DNA from: Planctomycetota bacterium
Lineage (GTDB): Bacteria > Planctomycetota > JAJSAM01 > JAJVHW01
Assembly: GCA_965248445.1 (NCBI GenBank)
Contig: CBDFJG010000004.1
Location: 1,728,001 to 1,792,000, forward strand
DNA length: 64,000 nucleotides
Direction: 5' to 3'
Position 1 is the first letter of the stretch. Every line of letters starts with the position of its first letter. The position numbers were made by a program, and so were the translations under genes. The notes beneath the pieces are model-generated. The model saw only the letters and a list, made by a program, of their open reading frames with translations, was not told where the DNA came from and searched no databases. Below are positions 29,834 to 40,219 of this stretch, piece by piece.

Positions 29834-31594
29834 CTACTCGCGGGCCGCCCGGAGCAGACCCGCGGGAACACCCTCGAAGACCCTCTCGTGGCCGTCCGGC
29901 CAGCGCACGAGGACCCGGTCGACAGGCCCGTGGTTTCCCAGCCCGAACGTCAGGACGCGCTCGCTCTCGGAGAGGTATCCGGCCCCGCTGCGGACGTCGC
30001 GGATCTGCGTACGCTCGCCGGTCGTGACGGTTACGCGCGCCCCCAGCGCGTCCGTCGCGGGCGGCGCACCGATCACGTGCACGCGCAGCGACCGCTCCGC
30101 CGCGCCGTCCAGGTCGCAGCGCAGAAGTCGGGCGGGGCCGCCGTTCACCGTGACGCAGAGATCGAGGTCGCCGTCTCCGTCCACGTCGGCCGTTGCCAGC
30201 CCGCGGTGCACGCGCGGCACGGCGAAGTCCGGTCCCAGGCCCGCCGACACATCCACGAATCGCGGGTACCGCTTGCCCGGAACGTTGCGCAGCAACTGCA
30301 TCGGTTCTTCGTACGCGATCTCGGCGTGCACCGTCTGGATGGTCGGCTCGATGTGCCCGTTCGCCAGCAGCAGGTCGGGGCGGCCGTCGAGATCGGCGTC
30401 CACGAAGCGGAGTCCGAACGTCAGCGGATGGTGCGTCGCGAGGGAGACTCCCGAGATGTCCGACTTGTTGACGAACAGCTCGTCCTTCAACAGTTCGAAG
30501 AACGAGACCGGTTCGCCGCTGAAGTTGCCGACGGCCAGCACCGGCTTTCCCGTGTCCGGCAGCACGATCGAGTCGACGCCCATTCCAGCGCGTGCACGGG
30601 CCGTGACGGGGTCCACTGCGACTCCGGCGGCGTATCCGATCTCGGTGAACGTCCCGTCACCGTTGTTCCGGTACAGATAGTCGGGCTGTGTGTCGTTCGC
30701 GACGGCAATGTCCGGGCGCCCGTCGTCGTTGAAGTCGAGGATGCAGACGCCGAGGCTCTTGCCGTCGTCGTTGCGGACGCCTGCCGCGTCCGTGACGTCC
30801 TCGAACTTGTTGCCGCCTAGATTCCGGAACAGGCGGCAGCTCTCGCCGTCGTACTGCTTCGGGATGGCGTACGACTTGGTCGTGCCGTCCATCGTCGAGA
30901 AGACGTCGGTCTCCTTCGACCAGTGGACGTAGTGCGCCACGAACAAGTCGACCAGGCCGTCGCCGTCGTAGTCCGTGAACGCGGCGCCCGTCGCGAACGG
31001 CCCATGTTCGTTGCCCTCGGCATCCGTCCACGTCGCCGGCGCGAGGCCGGCGATCTCCGTGATCAGCGTGAACTTGTCGCCGAGGTTCTCGAAGAACTGG
31101 TAGCCGCCCACGCCCGCGATGAACAGGTCCTGGTCTCCGTCGCCGTCGGTGTCCGCGACGGCGCAGCCCATCGCTTGCATCCGGTCACCGATCCGCACCG
31201 CTCCCGTCACATCGACGAACTTCCAGTCCCCCTCGTTGCTGAACAGGCGCGTGCCATACGTCGGCCCCTCCTTGTCGTGACCCGGCCACGTGTCGCCGTC
31301 CAGCAGGAGCAGGTCAGGGTCGCCGTCCTGGTCGTAGTCGAAGAACGCGCAGCCCGCGCCCATCGTCTCGGGAAGCAGCTTGTCGCCGTACGCCCCGTTG
31401 GTGTGACTCCACCGAATCCCGGCGGCCTCGGTGACGTCTACGTACGACAGCGCGTTCATCGGGTGCTCGGAGTCGGTGGGCGCGGCCTCCGGATAGGACC
31501 TCGTGTAGGTCGGCGGAGTGACCGGCTCGGTCGCGTCCGGGTTGCCGCAGGTCGGGACGACCAGCAGCACGCAGAGCAACCCCCAGCGCCTCAT
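29834..31594 (-). CDS. CRTAC1-family FG-GAP repeat / ASPIC-UnbV protein (probable lipoprotein)
   Basis: Repeated DxDxDGxxDL motifs, C-terminal ALGARV...GAGYLS...LTFGLG...VRWPDG; ATGA overlap with the upstream gene. Confidence 0.92.
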   Translation of the reverse strand: MRRWGLLCVLLVVPTCGNPDATEPVTPPTYTRSYPEAAPTDSEHPMNALSYVDVTEAAGIRWSHTNGAYGDKLLPETMGAGCAFFDYDQDGDPDLLLLDGDTWPGHDKEGPTYGTRLFSNEGDWKFVDVTGAVRIGDRMQAMGCAVADTDGDGDQDLFIAGVGGYQFFENLGDKFTLITEIAGLAPATWTDAEGNEHGPFATGAAFTDYDGDGLVDLFVAHYVHWSKETDVFSTMDGTTKSYAIPKQYDGESCRLFRNLGGNKFEDVTDAAGVRNDDGKSLGVCILDFNDDGRPDIAVANDTQPDYLYRNNGDGTFTEIGYAAGVAVDPVTARARAGMGVDSIVLPDTGKPVLAVGNFSGEPVSFFELLKDELFVNKSDISGVSLATHHPLTFGLRFVDADLDGRPDLLLANGHIEPTIQTVHAEIAYEEPMQLLRNVPGKRYPRFVDVSAGLGPDFAVPRVHRGLATADVDGDGDLDLCVTVNGGPARLLRCDLDGAAERSLRVHVIGAPPATDALGARVTVTTGERTQIRDVRSGAGYLSESERVLTFGLGNHGPVDRVLVRWPDGHERVFEGVPAGLLRAARE

Positions 31595-34332
31595 CTGACA
31601 CGCTCCAGCCGATGGACGTGCACGGGCTGATCCTCGCGATTCACTTCGGGGTGCTCCCGGCGGTAGGCCTCGGTCCACTTCTGAGCGCTCTCGTCCGGGG
31701 CGAACTTCCGGTATGCCTGTTCGGCGGCGGACGCGGCTTGCTCCTCGCCCAGCGCGCGGTAGATCTGGAACCGCATCCAGTGAGCGACGCGGTCTTCGGG
31801 GTCGATCGCCAGCACACGCAGGGCGCTCGCCATCGCTTCGTCGTAGTCGCCCAGCTTGTAGTGGATACGAGCGAGCGACCGATGAATGGTGCGGTCGTTC
31901 GGGAATGTCTCGAGCGCCCGGCCGTACGCTGCGATGGAACCGTCCTGATCGCCGGCCTTCTCGAGCGCCACCCCGAAGAAGAACGCGTTCTGCGGGTCGG
32001 CGATCCTGCGTTCGTCCGCACGGCGCAGGTGCGCGAGCGCCCCCGCCACGTCCCCGTCCCGCAGTGCCACGCGGGCCAGGTTGCGCGGGCCGTCGGGTTT
32101 CTCGGGGACGAACGCGTCCACCGTCTCGAACGCGATCCGTGCGGTGACGGTGTCCCCCTGCAGCAGCGCGCCGATGCCCCAGTCGTTCCAGCGCACCCAC
32201 GCTTCGGCTGCTCCGTTGGGGGCCACCGGCAGCTCGCCCCCACCCGAGACCGGCAGATCGACCGTGGACGTCGCCAGATCGGTGACCGGGAAGTCGGGCA
32301 CCGGCCTCCCGGCCATCACACGGGCATACGTATACTCCGTGTACTTGCGGTTGAACTTCCGCCAGCGCAGCCGCGCCTCCACACGCAACGCCCGTGGCGC
32401 CTCGTCCTGCGGGACAGAGAAGGCGAAGCGGACCAGATCGGCCGTGCCCGGCCCGATCGTGTTCACGTGCACCGGCGCCCGGAAGTCCGAGGGGTTGCGC
32501 CGGTCGGCCTCGACGCCGTCCTCGTCCACGAACACGACGCGATAGAAGTGTGCGTCAGTGTCCACGTACCTCGTGTCGGCGTCGAGCGCACCGCTCTCGA
32601 ACAACACGCGGCTCGCGTCGTCCGCGTCGCTGATGCGCAGGTGGATCCACGACTCGTTGCTGTCGAGCGTGCCGCCGGGGAAGGTGTGCCCGTTCCCGGC
32701 ATTGCGCACCACGACGTGCAGTTCGACGTTCTCGCCGGGCGCCACGGGGACCGGGCGGAGATCCGGCGCGGAGACTGGAGCGCTGCCGTCCCGGCGCACC
32801 GCGAAGACATCGAGGCGCAGCGAGTCCTGCACGAACTTCTCCTTGTCGCGCAGACCCTCTTCGTCGCCGATCAGATGCGAGATCGCTGTGTTCGGACCGA
32901 GGAACAGGTGCGACCGGACCATGCCGTCTTTCGCCGCCAGATCTCCGAGAGTCGCGGGGACGCGGGGCATGTGGCAGTCCTGACAAGAACGCGCTTTCTC
33001 GGGGAGGTAGAACGTGCGCGCGGCGTTGCGCGACACGCCCGAGTCGTGCCACGCGTCGTACTCGTCCTGACCGCGCAGCCAGCGATAGCCGTTGACCGGC
33101 TTGTCGAGCGAGACCTTGTGGCACGTCGCGCAGAACTCCGACTTGCGGTGCAGCGGCACGAGCATCTGGCGCTTGTGCACATCGGGCTTGGCCCTGATCA
33201 ACAGTTCGTGGATCTCGGCGAGCACGCCCGTCTTCGCGCCCGCGAACAGGTACGGGTCCGGCGCGTCGTCCGCGACGATGTAGTTTCCGTTGCCGACGAC
33301 GCCGTGCGCGCCGTCGATGGCGTGGCACGCCAGGCACGTGAGCCCGGCCTGCGACTCGGGCACGGTCGGATCGACCTCGTCCATCCACTTGCCGGTCAGC
33401 ATGACCGCCGGATCGTGACATCCGGCGCACCACTGCGAACGGCGCCGTCCGTCGTCCTCGGCTCGCAGATCCTCGATCGCAGCGCGGTAGAACGGGTTGT
33501 TGAACGAGGAGTAGCGGTGCACGGACCGCGACCACTGCTCGGTCACGTCTGGATGGCACGTCGCGCAACTGGCCGAGCCGAGCGCCGTCCCCTTCACGAA
33601 GCCGAACTCCTCGAGTTCCGCGGCGTGCTGCGCGGGGTCGAGCAGGTCGCCGTCGACGAGCAGGCGTCCGGGCAGCGCGCCGCCCGTTCGCGTGCGTGTG
33701 GCCGCGGGGAAGAAGATGTTGTCGGGGTCGCCGCCTGCCGGCCCCTCCGGCGGCCAGTAGTCGCGCCACGGGTCGATGCCGTCGCCCGCATTCGGCGCCG
33801 GCAGCGGTGGACGCGGCGCCTCGCCGGGGTGCGTCGCGTAGTGCACGCCCAGGAAACCGAGCGTCAGCGCGATCGGCACGCCCACGCCAATCCACTTCGC
33901 GCGTCTGGAGGGCTTGTGGTGCGAGATCAGCCGGTGCGCGGCGAACACTGCGGGCACGAGCAGAGCCAGCACGCGGTGCGACTGGAAGAACACCGCGTTG
34001 TCCGCGCTGTTCGCCTTCTCCTTGATGAAGATCCCCGTGACCGCCAGCCCCACCATGGCGACCGTGAGTCCGATGCCGGTCCAGATCGCGCGGCGGTTCC
34101 GCATCGCCAGCGCGCGCTTCATGTGCCACACGATGAACCAGGCCATCGGGGCCAGGATCAGCAGCCCCACCACGACGTGGAGCACCAGCATCCACTGGTA
34201 GAACGTGGGCAGCACCGACGCGCGCGGCTGCGTGAGGAACAGGTAGGCGGCATTCCCGATCAGGAATGCGCCCGTCGCCAGCAGGACGACGAGAAGCCGC
34301 CGCTGCCCCGGGGTGAGGATCGTCCGCGCCAT
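31591..34332 (-). CDS. Membrane-anchored pentaheme cytochrome c with C-terminal TPR repeats
   Basis: About five N-terminal TM helices, four with His; five CxxCH motifs (CATCH, CAGCH, CLACH, CATCH, CQDCH); GHTFPGG region; TPR-like helical repeats. Confidence 0.9.
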   Translation of the reverse strand: MARTILTPGQRRLLVVLLATGAFLIGNAAYLFLTQPRASVLPTFYQWMLVLHVVVGLLILAPMAWFIVWHMKRALAMRNRRAIWTGIGLTVAMVGLAVTGIFIKEKANSADNAVFFQSHRVLALLVPAVFAAHRLISHHKPSRRAKWIGVGVPIALTLGFLGVHYATHPGEAPRPPLPAPNAGDGIDPWRDYWPPEGPAGGDPDNIFFPAATRTRTGGALPGRLLVDGDLLDPAQHAAELEEFGFVKGTALGSASCATCHPDVTEQWSRSVHRYSSFNNPFYRAAIEDLRAEDDGRRRSQWCAGCHDPAVMLTGKWMDEVDPTVPESQAGLTCLACHAIDGAHGVVGNGNYIVADDAPDPYLFAGAKTGVLAEIHELLIRAKPDVHKRQMLVPLHRKSEFCATCHKVSLDKPVNGYRWLRGQDEYDAWHDSGVSRNAARTFYLPEKARSCQDCHMPRVPATLGDLAAKDGMVRSHLFLGPNTAISHLIGDEEGLRDKEKFVQDSLRLDVFAVRRDGSAPVSAPDLRPVPVAPGENVELHVVVRNAGNGHTFPGGTLDSNESWIHLRISDADDASRVLFESGALDADTRYVDTDAHFYRVVFVDEDGVEADRRNPSDFRAPVHVNTIGPGTADLVRFAFSVPQDEAPRALRVEARLRWRKFNRKYTEYTYARVMAGRPVPDFPVTDLATSTVDLPVSGGGELPVAPNGAAEAWVRWNDWGIGALLQGDTVTARIAFETVDAFVPEKPDGPRNLARVALRDGDVAGALAHLRRADERRIADPQNAFFFGVALEKAGDQDGSIAAYGRALETFPNDRTIHRSLARIHYKLGDYDEAMASALRVLAIDPEDRVAHWMRFQIYRALGEEQAASAAEQAYRKFAPDESAQKWTEAYRREHPEVNREDQPVHVHRLERVR

Positions 34333-34402
34333 GGGCTCAGGTGGAAGATGCCGGAGTGACGGTCAGGCAACGAGCCGAAAGCAGTCCAGCACCGGAATGA
34401 CG

Positions 34403-36289
34403 CTACCGCTTCGCTGCCGAGACTCGTTTCAGCGTCTTCTCGACGTTCTTCGCGCAGCGCGGGGTCCACTCGGCCCACTCGAAGTCGAGGCCGCCGCCGT
34501 CCACGACATTCATGATGCTGCGGGGCGTCTCTTGGTCGTGTCCGTTGCCGCACAGGTGGCCGAGCTCGTGCGCGCCCGTCAGCGCCATGCCCTGGGAGAA
34601 CCCGTCCACGAGCGAGCGCACCTCGCCGTTGCGGATGTTCTCCTCCGCGGAGGTGTCCCACTTGTAGCCGCCGGCCATGTGCGGCCGGTCAGCAGCGGAC
34701 ACGGGCTTCGCGAGCTTGTACTTCGAGTACATGGTGCGCTCGAGGAACGTCGAGAAGACGAGCGCGGTGTTCCCGAACGCCCGCCCCCCCGCCGCCGGAT
34801 CGTCGCCTCCGATGATGACTTCCAGCTTGCGACCGGACGCTGCGTCCGGCGGCGGCTCGGTCGAGAAGCTGACGTTGAACGAGACGCCGGGTATGGCCGT
34901 GCCGTCGGGATTGCGCAGGAACAGGCGGTGCAGCCGCGAGATCATGCGCCCGAGCAGGTCGTCGAGGATGCGCTCCTCGAGGTTCTCCTCGTAGCCCTTC
35001 GTGTTCAGCCCGATCTTGAACATGTCCGTCTCGATCGTGCGCGACTCGCCCTCGCGCCAGTGCACCCACACATGCGTCGTGCCCGGCTCCCACTTGAAAC
35101 GGCTCGCCGAGAAGAAGCCGACGTGCGGGATGCTCTGCACGGGCACGCGCGTCTCCGGACGGCGATGACATGCCCCCATCTTCTCGATCTCGATCGGTGC
35201 CGAGTGCCAGAGTTCGAGTCGTGCGAGACATGCCCAGCCCCACGGCTCGAACACCCGCTTGCCCGCGGCGCCCGGCCTGTTCACGTCGCGCAGCGACGGC
35301 ACGAACTGCTTCATGTCGCCGTCCGCCGCCTCGAACGCGGCGCGCAGCCACAGGCCGATCCGATGCCCGCGCTCGTGGTTCGCGCGGACGCTCAGCTCGG
35401 CCGCCGCGAGCGCATCCACCAGCGGATAGCGCTCGTCCCGCCCGCCGTTTCCTCTGTCATCGAAGAACCGGGTCTCCATCGACCAGGCGGTCTTCGCGCT
35501 TCCCGAGTGGAACGACGGGACCGCCGCGGACGCCGAGCCCTGACCGAGCAGGACCGGGAGCTCCGCCGCGGCATCCGCCTGGAGGGCTAGAAGCGCCTCT
35601 GCACCGGCTGGACCGCCGAAGTACAGGAGGCCGTCGGCGCCGTCCGAGATGTGCTGCGCGAGAGCCGGGCCGTCCAGCGACGACACCTCCACGGGACCGC
35701 GGGGCGTCTGCGCCGCGTGCCGGAAGAAGCTGCACGCAGCGGTCACGTCGACGCCGCGGGGGCTGCCGTCGTGCACGATGAGCGGCTGCATGCTCGCGAG
35801 CGGCTGCATCATGTAGTCCATACCCTGCAGCGCCTCGTCCTGAGGCGCCACGCCTCCGGCCCAGAACACCTCGCGCTTCGGGTCGAGGGATCGCATCGTC
35901 GCCTCGGGAGACGTCACGAGCAGCGGCAGCTTCGCCTTGACGGCCGCAGCTGTGACGGCGGTCGTGCGTCCGTGCGGGAGGTACACCACCAGAAGGCGCG
36001 TGCCGCCCTTCTTCAGCTTGGCAAACGCGGACTTCAGATCGCCGTCTACCGGCAGGTCCCCCTTCGCGAGCGCGAACGCGTCCGGCTCGTCCTCGCTGCC
36101 GGGCAGCCGCGCCGAGATGGCCGGACGGATGCCGAACAGAACTTCGGTTGCCGCCGCCGCGTCCGGACCGTCAGCCGGGGCCAGGAACGTGACCGTGGGC
36201 GGCCCACTGCCCTTCTTGGCGTACCCGTGGGACGGCGCAACGGAGACGACCGCAGCCGCGAGGGCGAGCAGTACGGCCGGGCGCCTCAC
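34403..36289 (-). CDS. Secreted protein: periplasmic-binding-protein-like N-region fused to a metzincin metalloprotease domain
   Basis: Signal peptide; HELGHLCGNGH (HExxHxxGxxH) and SIM Met-turn; N-half alpha/beta pattern resembles type-1 binding proteins (weak). Confidence 0.72.
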   Translation of the reverse strand: MRRPAVLLALAAAVVSVAPSHGYAKKGSGPPTVTFLAPADGPDAAAATEVLFGIRPAISARLPGSEDEPDAFALAKGDLPVDGDLKSAFAKLKKGGTRLLVVYLPHGRTTAVTAAAVKAKLPLLVTSPEATMRSLDPKREVFWAGGVAPQDEALQGMDYMMQPLASMQPLIVHDGSPRGVDVTAACSFFRHAAQTPRGPVEVSSLDGPALAQHISDGADGLLYFGGPAGAEALLALQADAAAELPVLLGQGSASAAVPSFHSGSAKTAWSMETRFFDDRGNGGRDERYPLVDALAAAELSVRANHERGHRIGLWLRAAFEAADGDMKQFVPSLRDVNRPGAAGKRVFEPWGWACLARLELWHSAPIEIEKMGACHRRPETRVPVQSIPHVGFFSASRFKWEPGTTHVWVHWREGESRTIETDMFKIGLNTKGYEENLEERILDDLLGRMISRLHRLFLRNPDGTAIPGVSFNVSFSTEPPPDAASGRKLEVIIGGDDPAAGGRAFGNTALVFSTFLERTMYSKYKLAKPVSAADRPHMAGGYKWDTSAEENIRNGEVRSLVDGFSQGMALTGAHELGHLCGNGHDQETPRSIMNVVDGGGLDFEWAEWTPRCAKNVEKTLKRVSAAKR

Positions 36290-36681
36290 TCCTCGTCGGC
36301 TGGTTCCGCTTCACGCGTGCGCGCCAGGACGCACGTCACCTCGACGTCCCCCGTGGGAGCCCGATCGAGGTGCGCCAGGTCTTCCGGCCAGTGATATGTG
36401 CGCGACGCATGCCCCGGGGCGCTGATCACGACGTCGAAGCGGGCGTCCGGGTGGAGGTTCTCGACCGCGAAACGGCCGTCGCCGAGCGGCATGAGTAGTG
36501 GCGCAGGACCCTCGTGCACCTGCAAGAAGGCCGACGAGCCGGTCAGGCCGCCGATGCCTCCGGCGATTGCCTCAACGGCGCTGAAGAGCAGCTTGAAGGG
36601 CAGCATGAGCAGCGTCAGCAATGCACATCCGGTCAGGACGGTGGACGCAAGCAGCAGTGTGGGGACGGTGAGGCGGCGCAT
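36286..36681 (-). CDS. Hypothetical lipoprotein/membrane protein
   Basis: MRRLTVPTLLLASTVLTGC lipobox; 4-nt overlap with the next gene. Confidence 0.7.
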   Translation of the reverse strand: MRRLTVPTLLLASTVLTGCALLTLLMLPFKLLFSAVEAIAGGIGGLTGSSAFLQVHEGPAPLLMPLGDGRFAVENLHPDARFDVVISAPGHASRTYHWPEDLAHLDRAPTGDVEVTCVLARTREAEPADEE

Positions 36682-36747
36682 GCCGTCAGGATACCCCTCG
36701 CAGCGCGTTGAAGAAGCCGGCGGAACGCGGATACCCTCCCGCGACGC

Positions 36748-37029
36748 ATGGCGATCCTGGTCGACTCCGCACGCTGGCCGTTCAAGGGCCGGCGCTTCGC
36801 CCACCTCGTGAGCGACACGAGCCTCGCCGAGTTGCACGCGTTCGCCGCGCGGCTCGGGCTCCCGGATCGCGCGTTCTCGGGCGACCACTACGACATCCCG
36901 GCAGACGTGCGCGAACAGGCCCTTCTGCTGGGCGCCCGAGCGGTGCCGTCGCGCGAGGTCGTGGAGTCGCTTCGCGCGGCCGGACTGCGGCGACGAAAGC
37001 GACCCGCTCGGGACCCCGATCCGGCCTGA
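36748..37029 (+). CDS. DUF4031 domain protein
   Basis: ILVD...W...HLVSD...ELHAFAARLGL...DHYDI...ALLLGA pattern. Confidence 0.85.
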   Translation: MAILVDSARWPFKGRRFAHLVSDTSLAELHAFAARLGLPDRAFSGDHYDIPADVREQALLLGARAVPSREVVESLRAAGLRRRKRPARDPDPA

Positions 37030-37167
37030 GCGAGCCTGCGCGGGCCTGACCCCGGGGCCGCGCAGGCCCCGACGTGGGCAGCATTTACGTTCATGGGACC
37101 CCCCTCGGGACGGGTAGAATGCCGGGTCGCGTGGCGCCCGGCGTACGCGACCCCCGGAGGACATCCC

Positions 37168-37665
37168 ATGGCCGAAACCACCACCGAGTTCGTAGCCCTC
37201 GAGCGAGCCATCGCACCGTTCGCCGAGGGCTTCTCCGTGCGCAGCGGCAACGACGGGAAGCTCTCCGGCGTGTACCTGTTCCGCAACGGCGGAAAGCAGG
37301 AGATCGGGATCTTTGCCGGGCTTCTGCTCAGCGAGAAGGCCTATCCCCATCTCGACCGGGTCGAGGCCCCCGAGGCCCTGGTGATGGCGTACGTCAAGCC
37401 GCTCCGCGGCAAGGCCCGCGAGGAGCTCGTCGGCGACGAGGAGAGCGTCTTCGAGACTGCCCACCGCACGCTGATGCCTCTGGCCAGCCCCGAGCCGTTC
37501 CAGCTGTTCGAGGACAAGGCGGGCGCACTTCTCCGCACCCGCAGGCTCCCCGAGGGGGCCGAGGAGCTGACCGACCGCCGGCTGCTCGAGTTCTGCCGAG
37601 GCAGCCTGGCTCTGCTGGGCCAGGTTGACCTGCTCGACGAGCTCCGCGAGTACGAGCTGGCCTAG
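37168..37665 (+). CDS. Hypothetical protein
   Basis: ggagga SD before ATG at 37168, upstream TAGAAT -10-like hexamer, host-like codon usage. Confidence 0.7.
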   Translation: MAETTTEFVALERAIAPFAEGFSVRSGNDGKLSGVYLFRNGGKQEIGIFAGLLLSEKAYPHLDRVEAPEALVMAYVKPLRGKAREELVGDEESVFETAHRTLMPLASPEPFQLFEDKAGALLRTRRLPEGAEELTDRRLLEFCRGSLALLGQVDLLDELREYELA

Positions 37666-37771
37666 GCCGCTCATCTCTGGCCCATCTGCTGACGCAGATG
37701 GCGCGATCGCGGCGCCCGTTCATCGGCTGAGCCCTCCGGCCCGATTGCGTGGCGCAAGACGGCCTGTGGTC

Positions 37772-37788
37772 TTGAGACTGAGTCTCGA
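37772..37788. promoter_or_regulatory. Fur-box-like palindrome TTGAGACT-G-AGTCTCGA upstream of suf
   Basis: 8-1-8 inverted repeat with one mismatch, resembling TGAGAnTnAnTCTCA Fur-family boxes. Confidence 0.5.
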
Positions 37789-37818
37789 GCCAGGCTCCGC
37801 TCAGTCTCGGAATGATAG

Positions 37819-37843
37819 AAATCCGACAAGACTGTATGGTTTT
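37819..37843 (+). promoter_or_regulatory. IscR/Rrf2-type operator AAATCCGACAAGACTGTATGGTTTT
   Basis: 25-bp AT-rich imperfect palindrome matching 8 of 9 fixed positions of the IscR type-2 pattern AxxxCCxxAxxxxxxxTAxGGxxxT (pattern recalled from memory); operon encodes an Rrf2 protein. Confidence 0.6.
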
Positions 37844-37963
37844 CGGTGATGCCGGGCCCGGGAGACCCGAGAATCAGGGGATGGACGGGGCTTTCGCCCC
37901 TCCGCACCACCGGACACCCAGGAGACGCCGCCGCCCGCGATCGCGGACGAGAGCAGCACACTC

Positions 37964-38725
37964 ATGAGCGAAGACAACCCGACCCCCATCCTCTCCGTCC
38001 GCGACCTGCACGTCGCCGTGGACGGCAAGGAGATCCTGTCAGGCCTCGACCTGACGGTGAACGCGGGCGAGACGCACGCGATCATGGGCCGCAACGGCAG
38101 CGGCAAGAGCACGCTGTCCGCCGCCATCATGGGCCACCCGAACTACGAGGTGACGCAGGGCTCGATCGAGTTCCGCGGCGAGAGCCTCCTCGACCTGCCG
38201 GTCGATGAACGGGCTCGCAAGCGGATCTTCCTGTCGTTCCAGTACCCGATGGCGATCCCCGGCGTCACGGTCGCGAACTTCCTGCGCCACTCCGTGCGCG
38301 CGGTGCGGCCGAACGAGGTCCCCGCCAAGGAGTTCCGCCCGCTCGTCAAGGCGAAGCTCAAGGAGATCGGCGTCGACAACTCGTTCATGACGCGCTACGT
38401 CAACGACGGCTTCTCCGGCGGTGAGAAGAAGCGCCTCGAGATGCTGCAGATGCTGCTGCTCGAGCCGCATCTCGCGATCCTCGACGAGACCGACTCCGGA
38501 CTCGACATCGACGCGCTCAAGGTCGTCGCCGACGCGATCAACTCGCTGCGCGGCGAGAACCGAGCGCAGCTGCTGATCACGCACTACCAGCGCATCCTCG
38601 AATACGTCACCCCGGACCACGTGCACGTGCTGCTCGGCGGCAAGATCGTGCGCAGCGGCGGACCCGAACTCGCACACGAGCTCGAAGCCAAGGGCTACGA
38701 ATGGCTCGAAAAGGAAGCAGCGTAA
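37964..38725 (+). CDS. sufC: Fe-S cluster assembly ATPase SufC
   Basis: [36 protein letters not shown]. Confidence 0.97.
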   Translation: MSEDNPTPILSVRDLHVAVDGKEILSGLDLTVNAGETHAIMGRNGSGKSTLSAAIMGHPNYEVTQGSIEFRGESLLDLPVDERARKRIFLSFQYPMAIPGVTVANFLRHSVRAVRPNEVPAKEFRPLVKAKLKEIGVDNSFMTRYVNDGFSGGEKKRLEMLQMLLLEPHLAILDETDSGLDIDALKVVADAINSLRGENRAQLLITHYQRILEYVTPDHVHVLLGGKIVRSGGPELAHELEAKGYEWLEKEAA

Positions 38726-40200
38726 TGTCAGACAGCAACACGGACGGCGCGGTTGGAGCGATCACCACGACGGAGCCTCTCAAGGGCGCCGCAGGAGCCG
38801 AGGGCATCAACTCGGACTACGACGAGCGCTACGGCTTCCACGACGACGAGAGCCAGTACGACTTCAAGTCGAAGCGCGGCATCGACCACGAAGTCGTGGA
38901 GATGATCTCGCAGTACAAGAAGGAGCCTGAGTGGATGCGCGAGATGCGCCACAAGGCGCTCGACATCTTCCTCAGCAAGCCGATGCCGCGCTGGGGCAAC
39001 TCCGCGCTTCTCGATGACATCCACTTCGACAACATCCACTACTACGTCCGCGCCTCGGAGCGACAGTCCCAGAACTGGGAGGACGTCCCCGAGTCCGTCA
39101 AGAACACGTTCGAGAAGCTCGGCATCCCCGAGGCCGAACGGAAGTTCCTGGCCGGCGTCACGGCGCAGTACGAGAGCGAGGTCGTTTACCACTCGATCCG
39201 CGAAGACCTCGAGAAGCTCGGCGTCATCTTCACGGACATGGACACCGCCCTGCGCGAGTACGAGGACGTCATTCGCGAGCACTTCGCGACCATCATCCCC
39301 GCCGAGGACAACAAGTTCGCCGCGCTGAACACGGCGGTGTGGTCCGGCGGCTCGTTCGTGTACGTGCCGAAGGGCGTCGAGGTGTCGATCCCGCTGCAGG
39401 CCTACTTCCGGATCAACACGGAGAACATGGGCCAGTTCGAGCGCACGCTGATCATCGCTGACGAGGGCAGCAAGGTGCACTACATCGAGGGCTGTACGGC
39501 CCCGACGTACAGCTCCGACTCGCTGCACTCCGCCGTCGTGGAACTCATCGCCCGCAAGGGTTCGACGATCCGGTACACGACCATCCAGAACTGGTCGAAG
39601 AACGTCTACAACCTGGTCACGAAGCGCGCCGTCGCGCACGAGGACTCACGCGTCGAGTGGATCGACGGCAACCTCGGTTCGAAGCTCACCATGAAGTACC
39701 CGGCCGTCTATCTGGTCGGCGAGCGGGCGCACGCCGAGATCCTCTCGGTCGCGCTGTCGACGTCCGACCAGCACCAGGACGCCGGCTCCAAGGTGATCCA
39801 CGCCGCGCCGAACACGACCTCCGTGGTGACGTCGAAGTCGATCTCGAAGGACGGCGGCCGCGGGACGTACCGCGGGCTCGTCAAGGTCCACAACGGGGCG
39901 CACGGTTCGAAGGTGAACGTCAAGTGCGACGCGCTCATCCTGGACGCACGGTCTCGCTCCGACACCTATCCCACGATGGAGGTGGACGAAGAGCGCGTCG
40001 GCATCGAGCACGAGGCCACCGTGTCGAAGGTCGGCGAGGAGCAGCTCTACTTTCTGATGAGCCGCGGCCTCTCCGAGGAACAGGCGACGCTGCTGATCGT
40101 GAACGGGTTCATCGAACCGTTCACGAAGGAGCTCCCGATGGAGTACGCAGTCGAGTTGAACCGTCTGGTCCAGCTTGAGATGGAGGGATCGATCGGCTGA
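38725..40200 (+). CDS. sufB: Fe-S cluster assembly protein SufB
   Basis: [37 protein letters not shown]...EGSIG; TAATG overlap with sufC. Confidence 0.97.
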   Translation: MSDSNTDGAVGAITTTEPLKGAAGAEGINSDYDERYGFHDDESQYDFKSKRGIDHEVVEMISQYKKEPEWMREMRHKALDIFLSKPMPRWGNSALLDDIHFDNIHYYVRASERQSQNWEDVPESVKNTFEKLGIPEAERKFLAGVTAQYESEVVYHSIREDLEKLGVIFTDMDTALREYEDVIREHFATIIPAEDNKFAALNTAVWSGGSFVYVPKGVEVSIPLQAYFRINTENMGQFERTLIIADEGSKVHYIEGCTAPTYSSDSLHSAVVELIARKGSTIRYTTIQNWSKNVYNLVTKRAVAHEDSRVEWIDGNLGSKLTMKYPAVYLVGERAHAEILSVALSTSDQHQDAGSKVIHAAPNTTSVVTSKSISKDGGRGTYRGLVKVHNGAHGSKVNVKCDALILDARSRSDTYPTMEVDEERVGIEHEATVSKVGEEQLYFLMSRGLSEEQATLLIVNGFIEPFTKELPMEYAVELNRLVQLEMEGSIG

Positions 40201-40219
40201 CCGCCGAGCGATCAAACCC

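Noticed and set aside
31612..34359. Long antisense or alternate-frame ORFs (e.g. 31612..34359 +, 6518..8929 -, 22926..24875 +, 56972..58954 +)
   Set aside because: Shadow ORFs expected in high-GC DNA opposite well-supported genes; no recognisable motifs.
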